Source: an uncultured Ectothiorhodospiraceae bacterium (GTDB lineage Bacteria; Pseudomonadota; Gammaproteobacteria; HK1). Taken from it: a stretch of DNA of 35,349 nt. This document shows, one piece after another, positions 15,616 through 30,025 of this stretch. The DNA is taken from NCBI GenBank assembly GCA_964608875.1, contig CAZSPS010000426.1:1-35349 (forward strand), read 5' to 3'. A model generated the notes under the pieces. It saw only the letters and a program-made list of their open reading frames with translations. It was not told the origin of the DNA and made no database searches. The position numbers and the translations under genes were made by a program. The stretch's first letter is position 1. Each line of letters begins with the position of its first letter.

Positions 15616-15681
15616 GGGGGCGTTCCGGGGGCGGCGGCGGGGCGGTGCCCGGACGCCGTGCGGCGGCGCGCGTCCCGTGGT

Positions 15682-15768
15682 TGGTGCCGGAGGCGAGACT
15701 TGAACTCGCACGCCCTTGCGGGCAACAGATTTTGAGTCTGTCGTGTCTGCCGATTCCACCACTCCGGC
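15682..15768 (-). tRNA. tRNA-Leu (anticodon CAA)
   Basis: The reverse complement is 'GCCGGAGTGGTGGAATCGGCAGACACGACAGACTCAAAATCTGTTGCCCGCAAGGGCGTGCGAGTTCAAGTCTCGCCTCCGGCACCA'. It has a long variable arm, the anticodon loop C-T-CAA-A-A, and an encoded CCA. Confidence 0.93.
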
Positions 15769-15805
15769 GCGCGCGGCATTGTAGCGCGCGGGCAAAGGCG
15801 GGACC

Positions 15806-16816
15806 GTGGACCTCGACTACGAGCTGCCGGACGCGCTGATCGCGCTCCGCCCGGCCGAGCCCCGCACCTCGAGCCGCCTGCTGGTGGTGGGGCGCGAGCG
15901 GCTGGAGGACCGGCGCTTCCGGGACTTCCCGGGCCTCCTCGATGCGGGCGACCTGCTGGTGCTGAACGACACGCGGGTGCTGCGCGCGCGGCTCCGGGGC
16001 CGCAAGCCGACGGGCGGGCGGGTGGAGGTGTTCGTCGAGCGCATCGAGGACGAAGCCCGGCTCCTCGCGCGCGTGCGCGCGAGCAAGGGGCTCGGCACGG
16101 GGGGCGAGGTGGAGATCGAGGGCGGCGCACGGGCGCGCTGCACCGGGCGCGAGGGGGAGTTCCACCGCCTCGCGCTCGACCGTCCGGCCGCCGAAGTGCT
16201 CGCCCGCCACGGCCGCGTGCCCCTGCCTCCCTACCTCCGCCGCTCCCCGGAGCCGGCCGACGAGACCCGCTACCAGACGGTCTATGCCAAGCACGGCGGC
16301 GCGGTCGCCGCCCCCACGGCCGGCCTCCACTTCGACCGCGCGATGCTCGACGGGCTGGCCGCGCGCGGGGTCGAGACCGGCTTCCTCACCCTGCACGTCG
16401 GCGCCGGCACCTACCAGCCGATGCGCACGGACGACCCGGCCTCGCATCGCATGCACGGCGAGACGGCGCGGGTGTCGGCGCTGCTCTGCCGCCAGGTCGA
16501 GGCGGCGCGCGCGCGCGGCGGCAGGGTGGTGGCGGTGGGGACGACCTGCGTGCGCGCCCTCGAGACCGCGGCGCGCGGCGGCCGGCTCCGGCCCTGGTCC
16601 GGGGTCACCCGGCTCTTCATCCGCCCGGGCTTCGAGTTCCGCTGCGTCGACGCCCTGCTGACCAACTTCCACCAGCCCCGCTCCACCTTGCTGCTGCTGG
16701 TGGCGGCGTTCGCGGGCGCCGGCCGGGTGCTCGACGCGTACCGCCACGCCGTCGCCGAGCGCTACCGCTTCCTCAGCTACGGCGATGCGATGTTCCTGCC
16801 CGCGAGGGCGGACTGA
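15806..16816 (+). CDS. queA: S-adenosylmethionine:tRNA ribosyltransferase-isomerase
   Basis: The start is GTG. 'DLDYELPDALIALRPAEPRTSSRLLVV', 'LLVLNDTRV..ARL.G.K.TGG.VEV', 'LPPY', 'YQTVYA...GAVAAPTAGLHF' and 'YRFLSYGDAMF' are QueA hallmarks. Confidence 0.93.
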   Translation: MDLDYELPDALIALRPAEPRTSSRLLVVGRERLEDRRFRDFPGLLDAGDLLVLNDTRVLRARLRGRKPTGGRVEVFVERIEDEARLLARVRASKGLGTGGEVEIEGGARARCTGREGEFHRLALDRPAAEVLARHGRVPLPPYLRRSPEPADETRYQTVYAKHGGAVAAPTAGLHFDRAMLDGLAARGVETGFLTLHVGAGTYQPMRTDDPASHRMHGETARVSALLCRQVEAARARGGRVVAVGTTCVRALETAARGGRLRPWSGVTRLFIRPGFEFRCVDALLTNFHQPRSTLLLLVAAFAGAGRVLDAYRHAVAERYRFLSYGDAMFLPARAD

Positions 16817-17953
<1,137 letters not shown>

Positions 17954-17999
17954 TCCGCAATTCCGTCCGAAACCCATTCCCGAGGGGTGCGCCTTTCCC

Positions 18000-18326
18000 A
18001 TGGACTTCTTCATCCGCAACGCATACGCGCAGGCCGGCGGCGGCACCGGCGACATGCTCGCCACCTTCCTGCCGCTGATCCTCATCTTCGTGGTGTTCTG
18101 GTTCCTGCTGATCCGTCCGCAGCAGAAGAAGGCGAAGGAGCACAAGGCGATGGTGTCCGCCCTCGCCAAGGGCGACGAGGTGGTGACCAACGGCGGGCTC
18201 CTCGGGCGCATCACGGGGGTCGGGGACAGCTTCGTCACCCTGGAGGTCGCCGAGGGCATGGAGGTGCGCATCCAGCGCGGAGCGGTCGCGAGCCTCATGC
18301 CGAAGGGCACCATCAAGGCCGCCTGA
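18000..18326 (+). CDS. yajC: preprotein translocase subunit YajC
   Basis: From the ATG at 18000: 'LPLILIFVVFWFLLIRPQQKKAKEHKAMVSALAKGDEVVTNGGLLGRI' is the canonical YajC core. It lies between tgt and secD, as in most bacteria. Confidence 0.92.
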   Translation: MDFFIRNAYAQAGGGTGDMLATFLPLILIFVVFWFLLIRPQQKKAKEHKAMVSALAKGDEVVTNGGLLGRITGVGDSFVTLEVAEGMEVRIQRGAVASLMPKGTIKAA

Positions 18327-18366
18327 GCCCCGTCTCCCGCCCCATCCGCCCGGCCGGGCCGCGCAC

Positions 18367-20229
<1,863 letters not shown>

Positions 20230-20241
20230 GCGCCCGCTCCC

Positions 20242-21177
20242 GTGCGCGACCTCTTCAGCCGCCTGCCGCGGATCGACTTCCTCGGCCGCCGCCGCGCCGC
20301 CGCCTTCGTGTCGGCCGGCCTGCTCGCGGTGTCGGCGCTGTCGCTCGCCGTGCGGGGGCTCGAGTTCGGCATCGACTTCACCGGCGGCACCCTCATCGAG
20401 GTCGGCTATCCGGGGCCGGCGGAGCTCGAGCCGATCCGGGGGGCGCTCGGCGGCGCGGGCTTCGGGGAGGCGTCGGTGCAGCACTTCGGCACGGCGCGGG
20501 ACGTGCTGGTGCGGCTCGCCCCGCGCGAGGAGCTGAGCCGGGCGGAGCTCAGCACCCGGGTGCTCGAGGTGCTGCGGGACGAGGAGGGAGTGGAGCTGCG
20601 CCGGGTGGAGTTCGTGGGGCCGCAGGTGGGAGAGGAGCTGACGGAGGCCGGCGGGCTCGCCCTGCTCATCGCGCTCGCGGCCATCCTGGTCTACGTCTGG
20701 CTGCGCTTCGAGTACCGCTTCGCCCTCGGCGCGATCGCCGCCCTCGTGCACGACGTGCTGATCACCCTCGGCCTGTTCTCGGTCCTGGGGCTGGAGTTCG
20801 ACCTGACGGTGCTCGCGGCCTTGCTCGCGGTCATCGGCTACTCGCTCAACGACACCATCGTGGTCTTCGACCGGGTGCGCGAGAACTTCCGCCGGATGCG
20901 GCAGGGGGGCACCGAGGAGGTCATGAACCGCTCGCTCAACCAGACCCTGTCGCGCACCCTCATGACCTCGCTCACCACCTTGCTGGTCCTCGCCTCGCTG
21001 TTCGTGCTGGGCGGCGAGCTCATCCGCGGGTTCGCGATCGCGCTCATCGTCGGGGTGGTGATCGGCACCTACTCGTCGATCTACGTCGCGAGCGTCGCCG
21101 CCTTCGCGCTCGGAGTCAGCCGCGCGGACCTGCTGCCGGTGAAGAAGGAGGGGGCGGACGATGGCGCGGGTCCCTGA
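20242..21177 (+). CDS. secF: protein translocase subunit SecF
   Basis: The start is GTG. 'GIDFTGGTLIEV', 'VGPQVGEEL', 'IAALVHDVLITLGLFS' and 'IGYSLNDTIVVFDRVREN' are SecF motifs. Confidence 0.95.
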   Translation: MRDLFSRLPRIDFLGRRRAAAFVSAGLLAVSALSLAVRGLEFGIDFTGGTLIEVGYPGPAELEPIRGALGGAGFGEASVQHFGTARDVLVRLAPREELSRAELSTRVLEVLRDEEGVELRRVEFVGPQVGEELTEAGGLALLIALAAILVYVWLRFEYRFALGAIAALVHDVLITLGLFSVLGLEFDLTVLAALLAVIGYSLNDTIVVFDRVRENFRRMRQGGTEEVMNRSLNQTLSRTLMTSLTTLLVLASLFVLGGELIRGFAIALIVGVVIGTYSSIYVASVAAFALGVSRADLLPVKKEGADDGAGP

Positions 21178-22012
21178 GCCGGTGGCGGCGCCGCTCGTCG
21201 AGGTCGAGGGGCTGCGTTTGCGCCGCGGCGCGCGGCTCGTCTTCGACGGGCTCGACATGACCGTGCCGCGGGGCGCGATCACTGCGGTGCTGGGGCCGAG
21301 CGGGGTGGGCAAGACGACCCTGCTGAAGCTCATCGGCGGCGAGATCCGGCCGGACGCGGGGCGGGTGCTGGTCGACGGCCGCGACGTGCACCGGCTCGGG
21401 CGGCGCGAGCTGTACGCGCTGCGCAAGCGCATGGGGGTGCTGTTCCAGTCCGGCGCGCTGCTCACCGACCTCGACGTGCACGACAACGTGGCGTTCCCGC
21501 TGCGCGAGCACACCCGGCTGTCCGAGGACCTCATCCGCGACGTGGTGACGCTCAAGCTCGAGGCCGTGGGCCTGCGCAACGCGCGCCGCCTCGAGCCCCG
21601 CGAACTCTCCGGCGGCATGGCGCGGCGGGTGGCGCTCGCGCGCGCCATCGCCCTCGACCCCGAGATCGTCCTCTACGACGAGCCGCTGACCGGCCAGGAC
21701 CCGATCTCGTCGGGCGTGCTCGTGACCCTCATCCGGCAGCTGAACGACGCCCTCGGCCTCACGAGCGTGGTGGTGACCCACGACGTGGACAAGGTGTCCG
21801 CGATCGCGGACCGGGTGTACGTGCTGGCGGAGGGGAAGTGCATCGCGCGCGGCACCCCGGCGGAGATCGAGGCGTCCGGCGAGCCCTCCATCCGCCAGTT
21901 CATGCACGGCCTCCCGGACGGGCCCGTGCCGTTCCACTATCCGGGGCCGCCGCTCGCGGCCGACCTCTTCGGCGCCCGCGGCGCGCGCGGCCGGCCGGCG
22001 GCGACCGCGTGA
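21161..22012 (+). CDS. mlaF: phospholipid ABC transporter ATP-binding protein MlaF
   Basis: It has Walker A 'GPSGVGKTTLL', the signature 'LSGGMARRVALARA' and Walker B 'IVLYDEP'. ATG at 21161 overlaps secF by 17 nt; the alternative GTG at 21182 lies 4 nt after the secF stop. Confidence 0.9.
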   Translation: MARVPEPVAAPLVEVEGLRLRRGARLVFDGLDMTVPRGAITAVLGPSGVGKTTLLKLIGGEIRPDAGRVLVDGRDVHRLGRRELYALRKRMGVLFQSGALLTDLDVHDNVAFPLREHTRLSEDLIRDVVTLKLEAVGLRNARRLEPRELSGGMARRVALARAIALDPEIVLYDEPLTGQDPISSGVLVTLIRQLNDALGLTSVVVTHDVDKVSAIADRVYVLAEGKCIARGTPAEIEASGEPSIRQFMHGLPDGPVPFHYPGPPLAADLFGARGARGRPAATA

Positions 22013-22821
22013 GCGCCGCCGCCGCCGCCGCACGGAGGTCATCCTTGGACGCGTTCGCATGGCTCGGCCGCCGCTCGCTCGACGTCTTCGCGGCGTTCGG
22101 ACGCGGCGGCATCTTCGGCGTGCGGGTCCTGGCCGGCCTCCCCGCGGCCTTCGCCGGCTTCCGGGACGTGGTGCGCCAGCTCGCCATGGTCGGGGCGAAG
22201 ACGCTGGTGCTGATCGTGGTGGCCGGCGCCTTCGTGGGCATGGTCCTGGGACTCCAGGGCTACAACATGCTGGTGCGCTTCGGCGCGGAGGAGTCGCTCG
22301 GGCTGGTGGTCGCCCTCGCCCTGGTGCGCGAGCTGGGGCCGGTGGTGTCGGCGCTCCTGTTCGCGGGCCGGGCGGGCTCGGCGCTCGCCGCGGAGCTGGG
22401 GCTCATGAAGGCCACGGAGCAGCTGGCCGCGATGAGCATGATGGCCGTGGACCCGATGCGCCGGGTGTTCGCCCCGCGCTTCGTCGCGGGGGTCCTGTCC
22501 GTGCCGCTCCTGGCCGCGGTCTTCAGCGCCGTCGGGGTGCTCGGGGGGCAGTTCGTCGGGGTCGGCCTGCTCGGGGTCGACGACGGCGCGTTCTGGTCGC
22601 AGATGCAGGCCGGGGTCGACTTCCACGACGACGTGGCCGAGGGCATCGTCAAGAGCGTGGTGTTCGGGGTGGTGGTGACGTGGATCGCGCTGTTCCAGGG
22701 CTACGATTCGGCGCCCACGTCGGAGGGGGTGTCGCTCGCCACCACCCGCACCGTCGTATGGGCGTCGCTGGCGGTGCTGGGGCTCGACTTCGTCCTCACC
22801 GCGCTCATGCTCGACGCTTAG
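22009..22821 (+). CDS. mlaE: phospholipid ABC transporter permease MlaE
   Basis: GTG at 22009 overlaps the mlaF stop. The membrane protein contains 'LVRELGPVVSALLFAGRAGSALAAELGLMKATEQLAAM..M.VDP', the MlaE/Ttg2B signature. Confidence 0.9.
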   Translation: MSAAAAAARRSSLDAFAWLGRRSLDVFAAFGRGGIFGVRVLAGLPAAFAGFRDVVRQLAMVGAKTLVLIVVAGAFVGMVLGLQGYNMLVRFGAEESLGLVVALALVRELGPVVSALLFAGRAGSALAAELGLMKATEQLAAMSMMAVDPMRRVFAPRFVAGVLSVPLLAAVFSAVGVLGGQFVGVGLLGVDDGAFWSQMQAGVDFHDDVAEGIVKSVVFGVVVTWIALFQGYDSAPTSEGVSLATTRTVVWASLAVLGLDFVLTALMLDA

Positions 22822-22840
22822 GGGAAGGGGGGAGCGCGCC

Positions 22841-23317
22841 ATGATGCGTGAGCGCATGATCGAGATCGCGGTGGGGGTGTTCGTGGCGGTGGGCCTCGGT
22901 GCGCTCCTCATGCTGGCGGTGCGGGTCGGGGACCTCGCCCTCGGCGGGGACTCCGACGTCTACCGGGTCACCGCCCGCTTCGACGAGATCGGAGGGCTCA
23001 AGGTGCGGGCGCCGGTGTCGATGGCCGGCATCCGGATCGGCCAGGTGGTCGCACTCGACTTCGATCCGGAGTCGTTCGAGGCGGTGGCCACGCTCGAGAT
23101 CGAGGACCGGTTCGACCGGGTGCCGGCCGACTCCTCCGCGGGCATCTTCACCGCCGGCATCCTCGGCGAGCGCTACGTCTCGATCAGCCCCGGCGCGGAC
23201 GAGGAATACCTGGAGGAGGGCGACGAGATCGAGCTCACCAGCTCGGCCATGGTCCTCGAGCGGCTCATCGGGCAGTTCCTGTTCGACCGGGCGACGGAGG
23301 GCGGGGATGAGCGCTGA
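22841..23317 (+). CDS. mlaD: outer membrane lipid asymmetry maintenance protein MlaD (MCE domain)
   Basis: An N-terminal TM helix is followed by the MCE core 'Y.V.A.FD.IGGLKVRAPV.MAGI.IGQV'. The protein is 158 aa. Confidence 0.9.
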   Translation: MMRERMIEIAVGVFVAVGLGALLMLAVRVGDLALGGDSDVYRVTARFDEIGGLKVRAPVSMAGIRIGQVVALDFDPESFEAVATLEIEDRFDRVPADSSAGIFTAGILGERYVSISPGADEEYLEEGDEIELTSSAMVLERLIGQFLFDRATEGGDER

Positions 23318-23615
23318 CGCGGTGCGCGTGGCCGCGGACGGCACGGTGCGGCTGGCGGGTGCGCTCACCTTCGACACCGCGATGCCGGTGTCGAGGGCGC
23401 TCGCCGCCGCGCTCGGGAGCGGCGGATGGAGGGCGGGGCCGACGGCTTTCGACCTCGGCGCGGTGACCGAGACCGACAGCGCCGGGCTCGCACTGCTCGT
23501 TCACTGGCGCCGGGAGGCGGAGCGGGCGGGCGGGGAGGTCCGTTTCGAGGGCGCGCCCGCCCCGCTGCGCTCGGTCGCCCGGCTCAGTGGGGTCGAGGCG
23601 CTCCTGTTCGGGTGA
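23307..23615 (+). CDS. mlaB: STAS-domain protein MlaB
   Basis: ATG at 23307 overlaps mlaD by 11 nt. 'VRLAGALTFDTA...FDLGAVTETDSAGLALLVHWRREAERAGGEVRFEGAP' parallels E. coli MlaB 'LALSGELDQD...IDLSRVSRVDTGGLALLLHL'. Confidence 0.8.
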   Translation: MSADAVRVAADGTVRLAGALTFDTAMPVSRALAAALGSGGWRAGPTAFDLGAVTETDSAGLALLVHWRREAERAGGEVRFEGAPAPLRSVARLSGVEALLFG

Positions 23616-23622
23616 GGCGGCG

Positions 23623-25835
<2,213 letters not shown>

Positions 25836-25839
<4 letters not shown>

Positions 25840-27227
25840 GCGTGCACCGCCTCGACAGCTCCGAGCCCGGCTTCCGGGCGCGGCTCGAGGAGCTGGCCCG
25901 CTTCGAGCCGCCGGGCCTGGAAGAGGAGGTGCGGGGCATCGTCGAGGCGGTGCGCGCGCGCGGCGACGAGGCGCTGGTCGAGCTGACGAACCGCCTGGAC
26001 GGGCGCACGGTGGCGCATGCGGGCGAGCTCGAGGTGCCGCCGGAGCGGGCGTCGCAGGCGCTCGCCGGCCTCGACCCGCGGGTGCGCGCGGCCCTCGAGA
26101 CGGCGGCGGAGCGCATCCGCGCCTTCCACGAGCACGAGGCGCGGAACGGCGGGGGGCCGTGGTCGCATGGCGGCGGCGACGGCGCCGTGCTCGGGCAGCG
26201 CGTCGTTCCCCTGGAGCGGGTGGGGGTGTACGTGCCGGGCGGCAGGGCGGCCTATCCGTCGTCGGTGTTGATGAACGCCATCCCCGCGCGGGTGGCGGGG
26301 GTGGACGAGGTGGTCATGGCCGTGCCCGCCCCGGGCGGCGAGCCGGACCCCGCGGTGCTGGCCGCCGCGCGCCTTGCCGGTGTGGACCGCATCTGGTCCG
26401 TGGGCGGCGCGCAGGCGGTGGCCGCGCTCGCCTGGGGCACGCGCAGCATTCCCGCCGTGGACAAGGTCGTGGGGCCGGGGAACGCCTTCGTCGCCGCCGC
26501 CAAGCGGCTGGTCTTCGGCCGCGTCGGCATCGACTCGCCGGCCGGGCCGTCGGAGGTCCTGGTGGTCGCGGACGGGACCGCTCCGCCCGTCTGGGTGGCG
26601 GCGGACCTCTGCGCCCAGGCCGAGCACGACGAGTACGCGCGGGCAAGCGTGGTGTGCCCGGACGCCGCCTACCTCGATGCGGTGGAGGCCGAGGCCGGCG
26701 CGATGGCGGCGCGCTGCGAGCGCTCCCGGATCATCCGCGCGTCGCTCGAACGCGCCGGCGCCCTGGTGCGGGTGCGCGACCTCGACGAGGCGGTGGACGT
26801 CGCCAACCTGATGGCGCCCGAGCACCTCGAGCTCTCGGTGGCGGAGCCGGAGCCGCTGCTCGAGCGGGTGCGCCACGTGGGGGCGGTGTTCCTCGGACGC
26901 TACGCCTCGGAGGTGCTCGGCGACTACTGCGCGGGTCCCAACCACGTGCTGCCGACCGGCCGCGCCGCGCGCTTCTCCTCCCCCCTCGGCGTGCACGACT
27001 TCCGCAAGCGGATCAACGTGCTCGGATGTTCGAGGGAGGCCGCGCGGCGCCTCGGACCCGTGGCCGTGGCGCTCGCCGAGGCCGAGGGGCTCACGGCGCA
27101 CGCACGCGCCGCCGCGCTGCGCATGGAGGAGGAGGGGGCGGCAGGGCCGGCGGCCGAAGTGCTAGGATCGCGTTCCGAGGCCGGCGCCGGGCAACCGGCT
27201 CCGGCCGCGGGCCGTTATGGGGAGTAG
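25836..27227 (+). CDS. hisD: histidinol dehydrogenase
   Basis: GTG at 25836 (or 25842) overlaps the hisG stop. '[26 protein letters not shown]', '[12 protein letters not shown]', '[17 protein letters not shown]', 'QAEHDE', 'APEHLEL' and '[12 protein letters not shown]' are present. Confidence 0.95.
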
Positions 27228-27236
27228 CTCCGGATC

Positions 27237-27851
27237 ATGAGCGTAAGTGTCGTCAGCGGTGCGCGGCGCCGGTTCCTCACGGCGAGCGCGAACGTGGCGG
27301 GCGCCGTCGGGCTCGGCTTCACCGCGGTGCCGTTCATCAGCTCGTGGCAGCCGAGCGAGCGCGCGCGCGCCATCGGCGCCCCGGTGGAGATCGACATCTC
27401 CAAGCTGGAGCCGGGCCAGATCGTCACCGTCCTGTGGCGGGGCAAGCCGGTGTGGGTGGTGCGGCGCACGCGCGAGACGCTCGAGGCGCTCCCCCGGCTC
27501 GACACCCTGATGCGCGACCCCGCGTCGGACGTCGAGCAGCAGCAGCCGGGCTACGCGCGCAACCCGCACCGCTCCCTCCTGCCCGAGTACCTCGTGCTGG
27601 TGGGCCTTTGCACCCATCTCGGATGCGCCCCGCAGTACGTCGTGCCCGGGGCGGACCGCTACAACCTCGGCGGCGACTGGCCGGGCGGCTTCTTCTGCCC
27701 CTGCCACGGCTCGAAGTTCGATCTCGCCGGGCGCGTGTACCAGGGGGTGCCCGCCCCGACCAACCTCGAAGTGCCGCCGCACCGCTACCTCGGCGACGGG
27801 GGGCGGATCGAGATCGGGGTCCACCACGGAGAGGAGGGGGCGCTCTCGTGA
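27237..27851 (+). CDS. petA: ubiquinol-cytochrome c reductase Rieske iron-sulfur subunit
   Basis: The N-terminus is Tat-like ('RRRFL'), and the Rieske boxes 'CTHLGCAP' and 'CPCHGSKFD' are present. Confidence 0.95.
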   Translation: MSVSVVSGARRRFLTASANVAGAVGLGFTAVPFISSWQPSERARAIGAPVEIDISKLEPGQIVTVLWRGKPVWVVRRTRETLEALPRLDTLMRDPASDVEQQQPGYARNPHRSLLPEYLVLVGLCTHLGCAPQYVVPGADRYNLGGDWPGGFFCPCHGSKFDLAGRVYQGVPAPTNLEVPPHRYLGDGGRIEIGVHHGEEGALS

Positions 27852-29233
27852 ACCGCGTGGTGGAATGGATCGACCGGCGCTTCCCGCTCGTGCGCCTGTG
27901 GGAGGAGCACCTCTCGCGCTACTACGCGCCGAAGAACTTCAACTTCTGGTACTACTTCGGCTCCATCGCCCTGGTGGTGCTCGTGATCCAGATCGTGAGC
28001 GGCATCTGGCTCACGATGAGCTACAAGCCGTCGGCGGCCGAGGCGTTCGACTCCATCGAGTACATCATGCGCGACGTGGAGTGGGGCTGGCTCATGCGCT
28101 ACCTGCACTCCACCGGCGCCTCGTTCTTCTTCCTCGCGGTCTACCTGCACATGTTCCGCGCGCTCCTCTATGGGTCGTACAAGGGGCGGCGCGAGCTGCT
28201 GTGGCTCATCGGGATGTTCATCTACGTCATCCTGATGGCCGAGGCGTTCATGGGCTACCTGCTGCCGTGGGGCCAGATGTCCTACTGGGGGGCGCAGGTG
28301 ATCATCTCGCTCTTCGGGGCCATCCCGTTCGGGGTGGGGGACGCGCTCGCACTGTGGATCCGCGGCGACTACGTGGTCTCCGACGCCACCCTGAACCGCT
28401 TCTTCGCCCTGCACGTCGTCGCCCTGCCGCTGGCGCTGCTGGCGGCGGTGGTGCTGCACATCATGGCGCTGCACGAGGTCGGCTCCAACAACCCCGACGG
28501 GATCGAGATCAAGGACAACAAGGGGCCGGACGGAACGCCGCGCGACGGGGTCCCCTTCCACCCGTACTACACGGTGAAGGACCTGATGGGGGTGATCGTG
28601 TTCCTGTTCGTGTTCGCGATCGTGGTGTTCTTCGCGCCGGAGTTCGGCGGGTGGTTCCTGGAGAAGGACAACTTCGTGCCCGCCAACCAGCTCCAGACTC
28701 CCGAGCACATCGTGCCGCTGTGGTACCTGACCCCCTTCTACGCCATCCTGCGGGCGATCCCGAGCAAGCTCGCCGGGGTCGCCGCCATGGGGGCGTCCAT
28801 CGTGGTGCTGTTCTTCCTGCCGTGGATCGACCGCCACCCCATCAAGTCGATCCGCTACCGCGGCCCGCTGTTCGCCGCGCTCGTGATGGCGTTCGCGGCC
28901 ACCTTCGTCTTCCTGGGGTACCTCGGCACCCAGGCCCCCACGCGGGTCTTCGCCGAGCTCGGGCTGCGTTTCGGCGAGCTGTACTTCTCGTTCTTCGTCG
29001 TCCTGTGGCTCTACAGCCGGGAGCGCAGGGCGGCCGTGCACGTCAACACCCTCATCGTGGCGATGGGGCTGATCGTGGTCGCCGACATCCTCCGGTTCGA
29101 TCCGGACAAGCTCGGGCTCATGGCCTGGAGCCTGCTGATCCCCGCCGCGTACCACGTCCTGTTCCTGCTCGGCCCGCTCTTCACCCGCTGGAACGAGCCC
29201 CGGCCGGTGCCGGAACGGGTGCTCTATCCATGA
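27848..29233 (+). CDS. petB: cytochrome b
   Basis: GTG at 27848 overlaps the petA stop. 'YYAPKNFNFWYYFGS', 'RYLHSTGASFFF', 'GYLLPWGQMSYWGA', 'HIVPLWYLTPFYAILRA' and the haem-ligand histidines are present. Confidence 0.95.
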   Translation: MNRVVEWIDRRFPLVRLWEEHLSRYYAPKNFNFWYYFGSIALVVLVIQIVSGIWLTMSYKPSAAEAFDSIEYIMRDVEWGWLMRYLHSTGASFFFLAVYLHMFRALLYGSYKGRRELLWLIGMFIYVILMAEAFMGYLLPWGQMSYWGAQVIISLFGAIPFGVGDALALWIRGDYVVSDATLNRFFALHVVALPLALLAAVVLHIMALHEVGSNNPDGIEIKDNKGPDGTPRDGVPFHPYYTVKDLMGVIVFLFVFAIVVFFAPEFGGWFLEKDNFVPANQLQTPEHIVPLWYLTPFYAILRAIPSKLAGVAAMGASIVVLFFLPWIDRHPIKSIRYRGPLFAALVMAFAATFVFLGYLGTQAPTRVFAELGLRFGELYFSFFVVLWLYSRERRAAVHVNTLIVAMGLIVVADILRFDPDKLGLMAWSLLIPAAYHVLFLLGPLFTRWNEPRPVPERVLYP

Positions 29234-30018
29234 GACGGGGGGAGGGAAGGGCCAGCGGGCGCATGGGACCCGCCGCGGCGGCGCTCGCCGCCTTCGTGCT
29301 CGTCGTGGCCGCCGCCGCAGGCGCGGCGCGGGCCGCGGACGACGGTGCGGTGGCGTTGCTCGACGCGCGGGTGGACGTGGGCGACCGGGCGTCGCTGCAG
29401 CGCGGCGCGAAGCTGTTCGTCAACTACTGCGCCGGCTGCCATTCGGCCAAGTACCTGCGCTACGGCCGGATGGGGCGCGATCTCGGCCTCAGCGACGAGC
29501 AGCTGCGGAGCAACCTGATGCTGGCGGCGGACAAGCCGACCGATCCGATCATGGGCGCCGTCGGCGAGGCGGACGCCCGCGCCTGGTTCGGGATCGCGCC
29601 GCCCGACCTCTCCCTCACCTCGCGGGCGCGGGGGGCGGACTGGCTCTACACCTACCTCATGACCTTCTACCGGGACGAGAGCCGTCCGTTCGGGGCCAAC
29701 AACCTCGTGTTCCCCGACGTCGCGATGCCGCACGCGCTGGTGGAGCTGCAGGGGGTGCAGGTGCGCAAGCCCGCCGCCGGGGGGGAGCACGGCGCGCCGG
29801 CGGGGCCGGGCGATCTGCTGGAGCTGGCGGCGCAGGGCAGCATGAGCGTCGCCGAATACCGGCGCGCGGCGCGCGACCTCGTGAACTTCATGGTCTATCT
29901 CGGCGAGCCGGCGAAGCTCCACCGCTACATCGTGGGCTGGTGGGTGCTCGCGTTCCTGCTGGCGTTCTTCGTCGTCGCGTGGCTCCTCTACAAGGAGTAC
30001 TGGAGAGATGTGCACTGA
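29230..30018 (+). CDS. petC: cytochrome c1
   Basis: ATG at 29230 overlaps the petB stop. It has a signal peptide, the haem motif 'CAGCHS', 'PPDLS', 'MPHAL' and a C-terminal TM anchor 'WWVLAFLLAFFVVAWLLY'. Confidence 0.92.
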   Translation: MRRGEGRASGRMGPAAAALAAFVLVVAAAAGAARAADDGAVALLDARVDVGDRASLQRGAKLFVNYCAGCHSAKYLRYGRMGRDLGLSDEQLRSNLMLAADKPTDPIMGAVGEADARAWFGIAPPDLSLTSRARGADWLYTYLMTFYRDESRPFGANNLVFPDVAMPHALVELQGVQVRKPAAGGEHGAPAGPGDLLELAAQGSMSVAEYRRAARDLVNFMVYLGEPAKLHRYIVGWWVLAFLLAFFVVAWLLYKEYWRDVH

Positions 30019-30025
30019 CCGGGGA

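Noticed and set aside
11289-15768. A possible genomic island or prophage remnant integrated at one of the two tRNA genes.
   Set aside because: There is no integrase, recombinase or phage gene. By eye I found no direct repeat of either tRNA 3' end, and no obvious compositional break. I kept it only as a modest 'non-core patch' finding.
14656-15795. A 379-aa minus-strand ORF whose N-terminus reads 'AGVVESADTTDSKSVARKGVRVQVSPPAP'.
   Set aside because: That peptide is the translation of the tRNA-Leu gene, and the rest is antisense to the CmcJ-family gene.
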